Source of the DNA: a virus
Length of the DNA: 64,000 nt
Virus record (IMG/VR): IMGVR_UViG_3300035145_001165
Location: 16,458 to 80,457 of that record
Direction: 5' to 3' (one strand)
Below, piece by piece: positions 29,067 to 38,886 of this stretch. The notes under the pieces are model-generated. The model was not told where the DNA came from. It worked only from the letters and a program-made list of their open reading frames with translations, and did no database searches. Positions within the stretch are counted from its first letter, which is position 1. Every line of letters starts with the position of its first letter. The position numbers and the translations under genes were made by a program.

Positions 29067-31138
29067 TGGCATCTTATTTTTCCTATCTACCTAATATTGA
29101 TCTCGCTATTCGTCCGATCAGATTTCCCTGGTCGGAGCAGCAATATAAGGTAGCAAAAAATATTTTTAGGAGATTTAAACTCTCCGATAGTGTTCTAGAC
29201 ACAGCAACATATTTCAAGAAGTATGTCATCGATGACTCAGATCGTCCTGATCTAGTATCAGAACTTCTTTATGGTCGTAGTGATTACGACTGGGTTATTA
29301 TGATGTGCAATAACATTATGAATCCATACTACGACTGGCCTATGTCTACACCAGTCTTGAATGATTATATCAACAACAAATATGATAATCCATATGATAT
29401 CAAACACTATGTAACAAATGAAGTAAAAGATAGTGCTGGCAATGTTGTGTTGCCTGCTGGTCAGATTGTAGATGAAGGATTCTACAAGGCACCTTACTGG
29501 GTAGAGTATGATAAAACTGATGTTGAATTCCCAGAACCAGAAAACGAAGTTCGATTAAACATAACGAAGAAGTTAGTTGTCGAAAGTATCAACATCGATA
29601 ACGCTGGTTTTGGTTACGAAACCACACCTAGCATCACCATCTCTGCTCCCAGTGGTAACAATGGTGAGATGCCTGCTGTAAGAGCAACTGCTGAAGCAGT
29701 AATGACTCCAGGTGGTCCTCTAGATTTACTAGAAGTTTTATCTGGTGGAGAAAACTATACTTATCCCCCTACTGTTTCTTTTGATGGAGGTCTAGCAAAC
29801 GAGAGTGCTAGCACTGTGATCGAAGACGGAAAAGTCGTGGAGATCAGACTCAATGGTACCTCTTTCGATACTACTGTTGCAGATAACATCTACGAATTTG
29901 GAAATGGTACAGTCATTGCCCAAAACGGTACAGGAACTGGATCGGGAGGAGGTTTTGACGTTGGTGGTACGCACCTCAGATTCGGTGACACGTGGGGAAC
30001 CCGTTACGCTACCCTTAACTCAGTAGATATGACGGACTTCGATACCGTCATAGTCTATGCTGTGCGTGGTAACGGAAGTAACGGTGGCGAAACACCTGAC
30101 ATCAATGGTGTGGAAGATCTCTACCTGAGATACCAGATTGTTGATGGTGCACCTGTTGCAGAGAATTGGGTCAACCTCGGTATCGTGATCGATGCTGTGC
30201 CTAATGGTACTGGCAGTGGTGTCTTAACAGGTTATGAATTCCAGGTACCTGAAGAAGTAAGAACTCAAAACGTTTACTTCCAGTTGTACCAACCTGGCAA
30301 CAGTGGTCCTCCGTATGATCACTACGGCATCACTACAGTCAACTTCGTCAACACTACGAAGGTGTATGCTTCTGATGCAAATATGTACTTCACCAACAAC
30401 CCGTTAGATACTACTGGTTCTGGTGCTGTTGGACGTGTGACTTTGAAGAAGAGCATTCAAAGTATTAACATCACTAACCCTGGTTCTTATGACGAGGAAG
30501 GTGAAGAACTTTTAATTACTTTAGGTACGGGTACTTTCAACCGTGGTTTTATGTACGGGTCTGAAAATATTCCTTACTATGCTGACGTTCCTGCACAGTT
30601 AAGTGCAACTGTGGTACAAGAAAGTGCTGCTATTAATGTAGGTGACGAAGTGACATTCAGTAATGGTATCGTTGCAGATGTCACTCAAGTTGAAGGCGAC
30701 TTCTTAGCAGTTAGTCTACAAGAAATTGATGTAGAGAATCCAATCTCAGAGGGTATGCAGTTCAGCATCAACCCTACTGGTGTTGTGACTAGTGTTGTCT
30801 CCACCACACTGACAGAACCTACGTTTGTAGATGATAAAAACAACTACTTTAGATACAAACTGCAGCGTCCTTCTGGTACTAGTGGGTGGGAAAAATTAGT
30901 TCGTGATAGTTTCCGTTACCGTGATCCTGATGGTTCTATTGTGACCCTACAAGGTGAAGCGATTGCTAGAGCAATCAGTCATCACGAGTATGAAACTGAA
31001 GCAAATGATAAAAAGCGTGAGATTTATATCCTTAAGAAAAGATATCTCCCACGCTTTATTCAAGAAATGAAGGAGCAACTTCCTTATAAGAAGAGCTCCG
31101 ATTATGTTAGCAAGACACTAAAGAGATCAAGTATTTGA
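29066..31138 (+). CDS. gp53: Baseplate wedge protein with a large internal insertion
   Basis: YFSYLP...NIFRR...RPD.VS..LYG...DWVI...NNI...DWP N-terminus and YE...ND.KR.I..LK C-terminus; 690 aa. Confidence 0.85.
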   Translation: MASYFSYLPNIDLAIRPIRFPWSEQQYKVAKNIFRRFKLSDSVLDTATYFKKYVIDDSDRPDLVSELLYGRSDYDWVIMMCNNIMNPYYDWPMSTPVLNDYINNKYDNPYDIKHYVTNEVKDSAGNVVLPAGQIVDEGFYKAPYWVEYDKTDVEFPEPENEVRLNITKKLVVESINIDNAGFGYETTPSITISAPSGNNGEMPAVRATAEAVMTPGGPLDLLEVLSGGENYTYPPTVSFDGGLANESASTVIEDGKVVEIRLNGTSFDTTVADNIYEFGNGTVIAQNGTGTGSGGGFDVGGTHLRFGDTWGTRYATLNSVDMTDFDTVIVYAVRGNGSNGGETPDINGVEDLYLRYQIVDGAPVAENWVNLGIVIDAVPNGTGSGVLTGYEFQVPEEVRTQNVYFQLYQPGNSGPPYDHYGITTVNFVNTTKVYASDANMYFTNNPLDTTGSGAVGRVTLKKSIQSINITNPGSYDEEGEELLITLGTGTFNRGFMYGSENIPYYADVPAQLSATVVQESAAINVGDEVTFSNGIVADVTQVEGDFLAVSLQEIDVENPISEGMQFSINPTGVVTSVVSTTLTEPTFVDDKNNYFRYKLQRPSGTSGWEKLVRDSFRYRDPDGSIVTLQGEAIARAISHHEYETEANDKKREIYILKKRYLPRFIQEMKEQLPYKKSSDYVSKTLKRSSI

Positions 31139-31354
31139 TCCAGGCATAGAATCCTTTTCGGATTTCTTATTGAATCCGAAGGGATCAAGCTTGTCTTCCA
31201 TCTTCAGTCGCAATGCTACTGTACCAATGGACTCAAGGATCTTGAGGATATCCTCTGCCCTAGCATCTTCACCAAGTTCCTTGGCAACATACCAGTACTT
31301 TGGCCAGAAGGTTTCACCTGCCTTCTGGTAATCTTCGAGAGTCAATAATTTCAT
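31127..31354 (-). CDS. Conserved cyanophage hypothetical protein
   Basis: MKLLTLEDYQKAGETFWPKYWYVAKELGE. Confidence 0.7.
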   Translation of the reverse strand: MKLLTLEDYQKAGETFWPKYWYVAKELGEDARAEDILKILESIGTVALRLKMEDKLDPFGFNKKSEKDSMPGSNT

Positions 31355-31466
31355 CGTGTAAAGTAGCGGTCCATACGGAGTTTAATGTAATACATCCCGA
31401 TGACCCAGAGGGAGAAGAGAAACCCTTCTCCGTAGGACATAGAATTCCAAGCGTGCACAACGTCCA

Positions 31467-32384
31467 TCAGTCTTCCTCAGCAAGGCGAGCGAAGTAGGAC
31501 AGTTGGTCATCATCATCAGATGTTTTACCAGCGATGTCAGGTGCATTGAAGTCACCTTCATCAGTCTTCTTCTCGAACTTAGGAGTGAAAGAAGGAGCAG
31601 AGACTACGGGTTCAAACTCTTCGTCATCAACAGTCGGAGTGGCAGGTCGCTTGTTAATGCCGAGGACTTCGTTCAAACGTGACGTAAGTTCTTCGTAGGT
31701 CTTGAACTGATCAGCAGCAGTGAAAGCAGTGAGAGAATACTCTTGCTTCCAGATACCTTCCAGTTCATCATCGTCCTTAGACAATGCAGACTGACGATCG
31801 AACTCAGACTTGTCGTAGTTCCAGTAACCAGCGACCTTACAGATCTTCAGTTTGAAGTTAGCACCTTCCCACAGATCGAAGGGGTTCACAGGAGTCTCGT
31901 CCTCAAACTCGGGTTGCATTGCTGCAGTGATCTTATCGTAGATCTTCTTACCGAACTTGTAGAGGAACACCTTGCCCTCGTTCTCGGGGTGTGCAGGATC
32001 GCGCACGACATAGATGTTGGTGTAGTAAGAGAGTTTACGCTTCTGCTTACGTGCAACTTCCTTGTCGGCATCGATGCCAGAATTCCAGAGTTTACGGTTG
32101 ACTTCACCGACAGGATCCTTGCCACCGATAGTGGTCAGGGAGTTCTCGATGTACCAACCGCCAGGACCTTGGAATGCGTGGGAGTATACTTTTGCCCACG
32201 GAAGTTCCTCTCCATCAGGAGCAGGGAGGAAACGGATGACGGCGTAACCGTTACCAGACTTATCAAGCTCTGGTTTCCAGAAACGTTCGTCGGCACCACC
32301 ACCAGACTTGTTAATCTTCTCTGCTTCCTGCACTAGTGCTTGGAGCTGAGAGGTGGAACGGCGCTTGAGGTCGCTAAAAGACAT
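31467..32384 (-). CDS. gp32: Single-stranded DNA-binding protein
   Basis: DERFWKP..DKSGNGYAVIRFLP...YKFGKKI...YFARLAE. Confidence 0.97.
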   Translation of the reverse strand: MSFSDLKRRSTSQLQALVQEAEKINKSGGGADERFWKPELDKSGNGYAVIRFLPAPDGEELPWAKVYSHAFQGPGGWYIENSLTTIGGKDPVGEVNRKLWNSGIDADKEVARKQKRKLSYYTNIYVVRDPAHPENEGKVFLYKFGKKIYDKITAAMQPEFEDETPVNPFDLWEGANFKLKICKVAGYWNYDKSEFDRQSALSKDDDELEGIWKQEYSLTAFTAADQFKTYEELTSRLNEVLGINKRPATPTVDDEEFEPVVSAPSFTPKFEKKTDEGDFNAPDIAGKTSDDDDQLSYFARLAEED

Positions 32385-32432
32385 TGGATTACCTTGGATT
32401 AGTTAGGATTTGGTTTGTAGGGGTTGCCCCCA

Positions 32433-32506
32433 AGCCACACGTCGGACTTGAACCGACGACCTACGGTTTACAAAACCGTTGCTCTATCCAGCTGAGCTAG
32501 AGTGGC
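32433..32506 (-). tRNA. tRNA-Thr (TGT)
   Basis: GCCACTCTAGCTCAGCTGGATAGAGCAACGGTTTTGTAAACCGTAGGTCGTCGGTTCAAGTCCGACGTGTGGCT. Confidence 0.93.
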
Positions 32507-32509
32507 GAG

Positions 32510-32685
32510 TGGGTGGCGGGGAGCAGTTTGTCGCTCCCTCTTACTGTCTGCCACCATTATAATACCGCTGCTGCGTCCAGCAGCGGGGCACCAAGAGGGG
32601 TCCCACCTCTCTCTCACGTGGGTTGGGATTCCGATTCTTTTTTCTCTCGGAGACGTGAGCACGGATGTATTCCAGTCCGTTGTGT
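32510..32685 (-). ncRNA. Multi-stem structured RNA, probably manA RNA motif
   Basis: Stems ACGGA/TCCGT, CTCACGT/ACGTGAG, TCCGA/TCGGA, AGAGG/CCTCT, CCGCTGCTG/CAGCAGCGG, GGTGGC/GCCACC and a possible pseudoknot; lies between a sigma70-type promoter and a tRNA. Family name from memory. Confidence 0.65.
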
Positions 32686-32689
32686 ACTA

Positions 32690-32718
32690 ATTATAAGGGA
32701 TAACGGACCAGGCGTCAA
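32690..32718 (-). promoter_or_regulatory. Sigma70-type early promoter
   Basis: TTGACG-17 nt-TATAAT. Confidence 0.8.
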
Positions 32719-33011
32719 GAGTCTTTGCCACGGAAACGGTCGTCCATCTCCCTGTATTTCTCGTGGAAACCAGTGGTGATCTCGTCCAAGCGTTTGTCCC
32801 AGGAGTCACCATATTTTACACTAGCATCAGTACCCTTGGCAGGATTGATGCACTTTTCGTTACCGTGTTTGTTGCAGACGAGACCTGCTAGATCGAATTC
32901 ACTACCTTTTACTCCTGTTCTCCAGTAGTGTTCACCATTTAACCATACCGCGCCACATTTTTCGCATTCAACGCGGTCCATTTTAAATAGACTATCGGGA
33001 TCGTCAGTCAT
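32715..33011 (-). CDS. Conserved Cys-rich hypothetical protein
   Basis: CEKCGAVWLNG.HYW.TG...DLAGLVC...CINP. Confidence 0.75.
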   Translation of the reverse strand: MTDDPDSLFKMDRVECEKCGAVWLNGEHYWRTGVKGSEFDLAGLVCNKHGNEKCINPAKGTDASVKYGDSWDKRLDEITTGFHEKYREMDDRFRGKDS

Positions 33012-33234
33012 CCTTGGTGTGCTCCTTGATTAGTTTGTTATACTCGGGGAGATCTTTAAGAAGTTGCTGCTTAAGTTTTCTACGCATTAACATCATTCTA
33101 AATCTAACCCAGGCGTAGCGCAACTGCAGATCTGCATAAGCAAATAATCGCATTGTCTCTTCTACACCAGCGTAAGCAATCAGAAGAGCTATGATGGTGA
33201 CTGTTATCCACAGTCCCATAGTAGATGGATCCAT
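33004..33234 (-). CDS. Small membrane protein
   Basis: N-terminal hydrophobic helix. Confidence 0.7.
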   Translation of the reverse strand: MDPSTMGLWITVTIIALLIAYAGVEETMRLFAYADLQLRYAWVRFRMMLMRRKLKQQLLKDLPEYNKLIKEHTKDD

Positions 33235-33310
33235 TAAGGCACAGTGCTACTTAAGTACTTATTTATTGTATCACTTTGACACAATATTGTCTAGGTATAA
33301 AACCTTAAGA

Positions 33311-33652
33311 TTAATCTAGGTCCTCGATGGTTCTTTTTAAGGTTGTTATCATCTCATCGATGTTACCGAAAACATCAGTGACCGTAACGTCTTTGGGGAT
33401 TCCGATAGCGTCCATTACTTTACGAACATCGTTCGCCATAAGAGCAGCAGTTTCGTCGTGATTCTTTGACAATTCAACACGTGTCCACAGTATACGCTGC
33501 TTCTCCAGTAGTGTCTCGACGATCTCTACGTACTCCTCACGCTCCTCTGCAGTCATAGCAGGGAAGGCGAGAGTCATCTCCGCAAGTTGATCTTGCAGAG
33601 AGTTAATAATTTGAACTTCTTTCTGGACAATATCTGATTCTCTAAAAGACAT
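33311..33652 (-). CDS. Conserved hypothetical protein (DUF1825-like)
   Basis: MSF.ESDIVQ.E...LLEKQ.I...R..LS. Confidence 0.65.
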   Translation of the reverse strand: MSFRESDIVQKEVQIINSLQDQLAEMTLAFPAMTAEEREEYVEIVETLLEKQRILWTRVELSKNHDETAALMANDVRKVMDAIGIPKDVTVTDVFGNIDEMITTLKRTIEDLD

Positions 33653-33909
33653 TAGAACATTAACTTAGCACGACTAGTTTTCTTTATGAAATTAAGGCGT
33701 TGAGCATCATACTTCAGTTTCTCTTTAAGAGGTTTGGAAATAAGTTTACTAACACCGTCAAGTTCAATACTATTTAACTCACAGAAGTGAACTACAGCAT
33801 CGATGTAGTTCATATCGTGGTTCTCAACGACTAGTTTTTCAATTTCACCAGCAAATTTTGTAGCAGTCATAAATTTATTTTCTATATCATCAGGTTGTTG
33901 TGAGGGCAT
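33652..33909 (-). CDS. gp33: Late transcription coactivator
   Basis: YIDAVVHFCE.N.IE...KLISKPLKEKL..DA..LN. Confidence 0.9.
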   Translation of the reverse strand: MPSQQPDDIENKFMTATKFAGEIEKLVVENHDMNYIDAVVHFCELNSIELDGVSKLISKPLKEKLKYDAQRLNFIKKTSRAKLMF

Positions 33910-34576
33910 TTGTCATTTCGTATTCTTTGATTGCCTCAAGTAGTTTAACGAAGTGGGGTTCTTTAACTGAAGTTTCAACAACCTGACACTCACCATCTTC
34001 GCACGCAACGATGGCAATAAGTTTTTCTACTTCAATCTTGTAATGTTCGTAGAACATATAACCGTAGGCACACAGTTGCGGGAAATAATCCTGAGCAATG
34101 TATGGTTTCTTTGGTGACTTGGATGTCTTGAAATCAATCACAGACAATACGCCATCAAACTCTGCGATAAGGTCTACCTGTCCAGCAATCTTTAACTTAT
34201 CAGACCATAGCATCGACTCGATTAAACGTGGTCGATCTATTCTATCTATAACACTTTTAGAAGTGTGAAACATCTGCACAGGCAGAGGTGAATTCTTATG
34301 ATCCTCTAAGTTAAGTTGGTTCCTGACATACTGCTCAACAATACCGTGATAATTTGTACCACGTGTAGCGGCACGAGTAGAGGTTCGGTTAGCAACTTCG
34401 GCACCAACACGATTCCGCCACTTGGCAATCGCCTCTTTCTTTTTCTTACGATTAGATAGGACTGTAGTGACAGAGGGGTAGCGATTCTCCCCAACGGAGT
34501 AGAGTCGCCGCCCCTCAAACAATCCTCGCTTCAGTGTTTTAGATTCTAGAAGTTCAGAGTGGTCAAATTTTTTCAT
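33890..34576 (-). CDS. PD-(D/E)XK exonuclease
   Basis: YPSVTTVL...RGT..H...AGQVDLIAE...IDFKTS...QL.AY. Confidence 0.9.
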   Translation of the reverse strand: MKKFDHSELLESKTLKRGLFEGRRLYSVGENRYPSVTTVLSNRKKKKEAIAKWRNRVGAEVANRTSTRAATRGTNYHGIVEQYVRNQLNLEDHKNSPLPVQMFHTSKSVIDRIDRPRLIESMLWSDKLKIAGQVDLIAEFDGVLSVIDFKTSKSPKKPYIAQDYFPQLCAYGYMFYEHYKIEVEKLIAIVACEDGECQVVETSVKEPHFVKLLEAIKEYEMTNALTTT

Positions 34577-35312
34577 TGTAACCTTGGTTGATCTTGGAGA
34601 CCAGATACGATCTAACCAGACCAGACCTTACAATATCCTCAATGCCGAATTCAACCTTCGACACTTCGGGCATACCCTCAAGGATTTGCATAAAATCTAG
34701 AATGCCAGTGCGCTCTGTGACCTTTTGGAGGTCGGTTTGGGTGGCGTCTCCAGCAAACATAATCTTGCTGTTCTCACCAACCCTAGTGATTATACTATCA
34801 AGTTCGTGAAAATTCAAGTTCTGAAATTCATCAACTATAACAATAGCATTATCAAGAGTCGTACCCCTAAGGAAAGAAGTAGACCAGAAGCTAATAGTTT
34901 CTTGACGTTGTAGGTCGTCATAGAGTGTGTCAAATTCCTTATCAGTATACATCGAGAACATATGCTTCACCATATTCTTATAAGGAATCTGGTAAAGAAA
35001 GCTCTTGTCGTCGTGTGTTCCAGGAAGGAAACCAATCTCTCTGGTTGCTACTAAAGAGCGAACTAGATAAACCTTTTCGTAAGGAGAATCTTCAGAGAGA
35101 CATTCTTTTAGTGCGTTATAAAGAAGACAGAAAGTTTTTCCTGTGCCTGCTGCTCCATATGCTACTAGGTTTTGACCTTTGGCGTACTCCTCCCAAACTT
35201 TCTCTTGGTTATCTGTAAGAGGTTCGATGTTACGCAGCAGTGAAGTATTAATCGGTTTTGATCTTTTCATCTGCTTAGTTGAAAGAACTGTTGGCGACTT
35301 CTTTCTCGGCAT
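34563..35312 (-). CDS. phoH: PhoH-family ATPase
   Basis: GAAGTGKT, SFLRGTT, VDEFQN, GDATQTDL, DIVRSGLV. Confidence 0.97.
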   Translation of the reverse strand: MPRKKSPTVLSTKQMKRSKPINTSLLRNIEPLTDNQEKVWEEYAKGQNLVAYGAAGTGKTFCLLYNALKECLSEDSPYEKVYLVRSLVATREIGFLPGTHDDKSFLYQIPYKNMVKHMFSMYTDKEFDTLYDDLQRQETISFWSTSFLRGTTLDNAIVIVDEFQNLNFHELDSIITRVGENSKIMFAGDATQTDLQKVTERTGILDFMQILEGMPEVSKVEFGIEDIVRSGLVRSYLVSKINQGYNEKI

Positions 35313-35320
35313 AGAATTGA

Positions 35321-35557
35321 TTACTTGTAGGGTTTAACGTTAGATCCAGGAACTTGGGAAACTTTTTGGAGAACTTCATTCCAGCCTCCATCAGTTTTGT
35401 TTCTCCAATCACCCACTTCACCTAAACCAGCGACGCCTTTAGACCAATCTTTATCCCAGTCGGGATTGTCTTTTCGCCACTGTTCATAGGCAGATAGCGA
35501 AAGATTTAATTCTTTTCTTTCACCTGTAGTATTGTTTTTTACTGGATAAATCGGCAT
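35321..35557 (-). CDS. Conserved phage protein (FmdB-like N-terminus)
   Basis: MPIYPVKN..TGE...W...NPDW...GWNEVL.KV...PGS. Confidence 0.7.
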   Translation of the reverse strand: MPIYPVKNNTTGERKELNLSLSAYEQWRKDNPDWDKDWSKGVAGLGEVGDWRNKTDGGWNEVLQKVSQVPGSNVKPYK

Positions 35558-35570
35558 AACTATTTAGACC

Positions 35571-36284
35571 TCATTGAGCTTCGTGGGGATCGTAATCAGG
35601 ATTCATTGCTTCGTACTCACGTTTTTTATCTTTGTGGATACGAACAGTATCTTCATCAGCAGAATCTTTATATGCTTCAGCGTGTTCTTCAGTGAAACCG
35701 ACTTCCCACGGCATTAGTTGCTGAGAACCAAGAGTAGGTTTGATAGGATCACGACTATCAAGACCCTTCATATTCATACGATTTTCAACAGCGCGGCGAC
35801 TGTTACCTTCTTCCGCCTCCTGCATCTCTTCGTACTGACGTTGCTCCTCGATAGTGATAGGTTCATTAGAAGTAACACTATCAACGTGGAAATCTTTTTC
35901 AGAACCACCACCAAGAAACTTAGGTGCACCAGTAATATAACCGTGCTCCTCGATATCTTTTTGGAAGTGACTGATTTTATTCTTACGTTTGTCAGTTACT
36001 TTATACCGAGTATAGTTCTCGGTAGGATCTGTAGTATCTGACCAAGATGCAGGTTGTGCTGGTACAAATTTAGGATCCTTCTCCTCCACAGTTCTAGTCT
36101 GGTTATCCATATCAGGATAACTAGGGAAGGACTCATCACTTTTAAATTGCAAGTACCTGAGTTTGCCAGGTGCTACACAGAGGTTAGGATTCTGACGGAG
36201 AAAATCTTCTAATCCCTCTAGAGATAAGAACAGTTCACCTACAGACTCACCAGTCTCTTTGTTGTTGAATTCGTATTGAGGCAT
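35571..36284 (-). CDS. Hypothetical protein, FmdB-like N-terminus with acidic extension
   Basis: MPQYEF.NKETGE...FL..NP resembles the neighbouring gene's N-terminus. Confidence 0.65.
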   Translation of the reverse strand: MPQYEFNNKETGESVGELFLSLEGLEDFLRQNPNLCVAPGKLRYLQFKSDESFPSYPDMDNQTRTVEEKDPKFVPAQPASWSDTTDPTENYTRYKVTDKRKNKISHFQKDIEEHGYITGAPKFLGGGSEKDFHVDSVTSNEPITIEEQRQYEEMQEAEEGNSRRAVENRMNMKGLDSRDPIKPTLGSQQLMPWEVGFTEEHAEAYKDSADEDTVRIHKDKKREYEAMNPDYDPHEAQ

Positions 36285-36931
36285 CAGAATTTCATCACCG
36301 TAATATATCTAGGTTCGTAAGCAGCAGTCACAGGAGGTCTAGCAGAGTGGGGAATCCGACCATCAAATGATACCACTCTTCCTGCTTTAGGAAGAACCGA
36401 TTTGATAATGTTGTCATCAAAATCATAGAAGACAGTCTCGCCACCCCAGTCGCGATGCCACTTGGAATTAGTGTAGAACATCACGGTACGATTCTTCTCG
36501 TCTAGATTATCGATGTGCGCCTTAGGGCGGTCCATAGAGCGCAGCATATTGGTATAGACGTTTCCGAGCATCTCATACGGAGGGAGAGGACAGACGCCTT
36601 CTAGCGCCTGGTAGAGTGCTCTGCAGAGGTCTTCGTCTTCCTTGCTGCACTCAGGTGCACCCTTGTGGATGCGTGTCCAATACTTATCAGCAGCGGGGAT
36701 GGTGTTGCCATCAGTAAGTTGCTGCTGTTGAGCAATGAGAGAACGCTTAAATTCCTCGACCTCTTCGGGAGACCGAGGAATACGGAGGAAGCTCTTCGCC
36801 TCCTCTAGTTTTCCTGCATCGTTAGAACGTTGCAGGACATAGAACTGACGTGACAAGAACTGAAAGATATCAATACAAGCACGTTCGTCTATGACATTAT
36901 CATATACTTTGATGTCGTTCAGGAAGTCCAT
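36284..36931 (-). CDS. 2OG-Fe(II) oxygenase
   Basis: HID; WHRDWGGETVF; PKAGRVVSFDGRIPHSAR; RY. Confidence 0.9.
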   Translation of the reverse strand: MDFLNDIKVYDNVIDERACIDIFQFLSRQFYVLQRSNDAGKLEEAKSFLRIPRSPEEVEEFKRSLIAQQQQLTDGNTIPAADKYWTRIHKGAPECSKEDEDLCRALYQALEGVCPLPPYEMLGNVYTNMLRSMDRPKAHIDNLDEKNRTVMFYTNSKWHRDWGGETVFYDFDDNIIKSVLPKAGRVVSFDGRIPHSARPPVTAAYEPRYITVMKF

Positions 36932-37560
36932 TCTAATGCTTCAGATACTGTAGGAAATTGTTCAACAAAGATCTGCTTGCAGGAATTAGCAAGATCCATA
37001 TGTTCTTTCTGAGTTCCGTTAGCGGATCTCAAAGTTATGTAGTGGATCCACGATCGCACTGATCCTGACATATAGATTTTTGTGGGCACGGCGAGGGGAA
37101 GCACAAAACGCGAACACTCCTTTGCGATTCCTTTGGCAAGCATTTGTTGATACAGATCCATTGCTTCTGCAAAGTGCTTTTGAATTAAAATCTCAAAGTG
37201 CTGCTTGGTAAAAGGATCAACATCATCAATAGAATTCTGTCTGTTCTTAGTATCCTGAGAACGAAGATCAAACATAGGAATTCTTTCTGCCAACATAGAG
37301 CTGTCAGCATACCGCTGGGAAAACTCTTGATATGTGAACGAACGGTGGCGCAGCACTTGAGCTGCGATACCCCTGGTAGTTTCCAGTTCCAGAGTCATAA
37401 ATGCCTGCTCGAATACAGACCAGTGGTTGTGCTTAATGCAGTAACCTAGAAGCTTAGCGTAGTTAGGATTCTCCTGGTTATTTGGATTCGACACACGTGC
37501 CACGTATGCCATTGTAGATTCAGCGTCGGGCGTAACAGAGATCAGTCGTGCAGTATTCAT
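36919..37560 (-). CDS. thyX: Flavin-dependent thymidylate synthase
   Basis: HWSVFE; QVLRHRSFTYQEFSQRY; TQKEH. Confidence 0.97.
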   Translation of the reverse strand: MNTARLISVTPDAESTMAYVARVSNPNNQENPNYAKLLGYCIKHNHWSVFEQAFMTLELETTRGIAAQVLRHRSFTYQEFSQRYADSSMLAERIPMFDLRSQDTKNRQNSIDDVDPFTKQHFEILIQKHFAEAMDLYQQMLAKGIAKECSRFVLPLAVPTKIYMSGSVRSWIHYITLRSANGTQKEHMDLANSCKQIFVEQFPTVSEALEWTS

Positions 37561-38234
37561 CGAGAGAGGCGAAGGCGATAGATTCCAGTGTCTAGTTCAG
37601 AGGGAACGAAGTTCATCGAGATAGAAACCCTACGGACATCTTCCTGTAGGATTTTTGTTTCGTGTGTAATGTTACTAGGCCAGAGGAACAGTATACTCTC
37701 TTCTGGCATCATAGTCAAGGACTCAGCGTTGTACTTAGAAGGACCCTTCGGCATAGCAGAAAGGTATGGTGATGTCTTCTCTATTGATGGTGAGTGGAAA
37801 CTCAGTCCTGTAGATCCTTGAGGAAAGTTCAGGTAGTATGTACCCGAGACGAAGCAGTTAGCGTGACTATGTTTATACTGCCAACCACCCTTGGTAGTAA
37901 CGTTGACCCAACAGTCAGTAATGAAATGTTCCTTAGTAACATCCCACTTGTATACGTTTTGGGTGTAATCAACGTAAGATTTCGATAGAAACTTCTTGAA
38001 CTCATCTAGGATAGGTTCTTCTTCATCTAAGAAGTTTTCTCCTGTGGTGTTCCAGAAATGAAAGATGTCAGGTGATATGGGAGAACCATCAATCTGTCTA
38101 CCCTTAATTAATCTACGAACAGTATCTTTTAATTCATCGTGTTTGTCATCATCCCACTTGTAGATACCTAGAGGGACGGGAAATAAATCTACAACCTCAA
38201 CTCTCATCACGTACGACTCGATAATTATATGCAC
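37557..38234 (-). CDS. 2OG-Fe(II) oxygenase (TIGR02466-like)
   Basis: CWVN...HSHANCFVSGTYY...WPS.ITH...RVSISMN; true start probably MRVEVVDLF near 38207. Confidence 0.85.
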   Translation of the reverse strand: MHIIIESYVMRVEVVDLFPVPLGIYKWDDDKHDELKDTVRRLIKGRQIDGSPISPDIFHFWNTTGENFLDEEEPILDEFKKFLSKSYVDYTQNVYKWDVTKEHFITDCWVNVTTKGGWQYKHSHANCFVSGTYYLNFPQGSTGLSFHSPSIEKTSPYLSAMPKGPSKYNAESLTMMPEESILFLWPSNITHETKILQEDVRRVSISMNFVPSELDTGIYRLRLSR

Positions 38235-38886
38235 CTGCTGAAAGTTGTGCAGGCATAAAGTTCATAGAAATACTAGTCCTGGTGGCACCCTTTTGTGTAG
38301 GTGCTGTCAGGTGTGCGATATTACCTGGCCACAGCAACAGGTAACTCTCTTGACAGTCACCATACCACTGAGTAGAACTGTAAGGTGTGGTCTTGACAGT
38401 ATCAAAACCAATGTAGGGTCTTCCTGGTTGTGAAGTAGGATTCATAAACAAGATAGGACCAGCACCGTCTTCCATATGAAGATAGTAAGTACCAGATACA
38501 AAAGCATTAGCGTGAGTGTGGATCACTTGCTGCCCACCTTCCTTGGTGATGTTAACCCAGCAGTCAGTGATCGACGCTTCTTTCACAACATTCCATCCAC
38601 AAAGATCAATAACATAATCTTCATAGCACTTTTCTATCCAACGTCCAAATTCTACAAGGACTTTATCTTCTTTGTTATCATTAAGAAGATGTTCGTTAGA
38701 GTGCTGATAGAAGTGGAACATATTTTGTGACCACTCACTCGGACCCTCACGAACTTTGGCAATGGCGCGACGAACAGAATTCTTTAGTGCGTCGTGGAGT
38801 TCGGAATCGAGTTTGTAATAACCAATAGCAGTAGAAAATATCTGCTCTACTTTTTCACGTTCAACTCCTTCACGAATCATAACCAA
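38197..38886 (-). CDS. 2OG-Fe(II) oxygenase (TIGR02466-like), tandem paralogue
   Basis: CWVN...HTHANAFVSGTYY...WPG.IAH...RTSISMN. Confidence 0.85.
   Translation of the reverse strand: MVMIREGVEREKVEQIFSTAIGYYKLDSELHDALKNSVRRAIAKVREGPSEWSQNMFHFYQHSNEHLLNDNKEDKVLVEFGRWIEKCYEDYVIDLCGWNVVKEASITDCWVNITKEGGQQVIHTHANAFVSGTYYLHMEDGAGPILFMNPTSQPGRPYIGFDTVKTTPYSSTQWYGDCQESYLLLWPGNIAHLTAPTQKGATRTSISMNFMPAQLSAGAYNYRVVRDES

Noticed and set aside
32468-32779. Three short ORFs
   Set aside because: They overlap tRNA-Thr and the structured RNA.
33890-34576. Cas4-like nuclease suggesting CRISPR
   Set aside because: Standard T4-like exonuclease between phoH and gp33; no repeat-spacer array seen.
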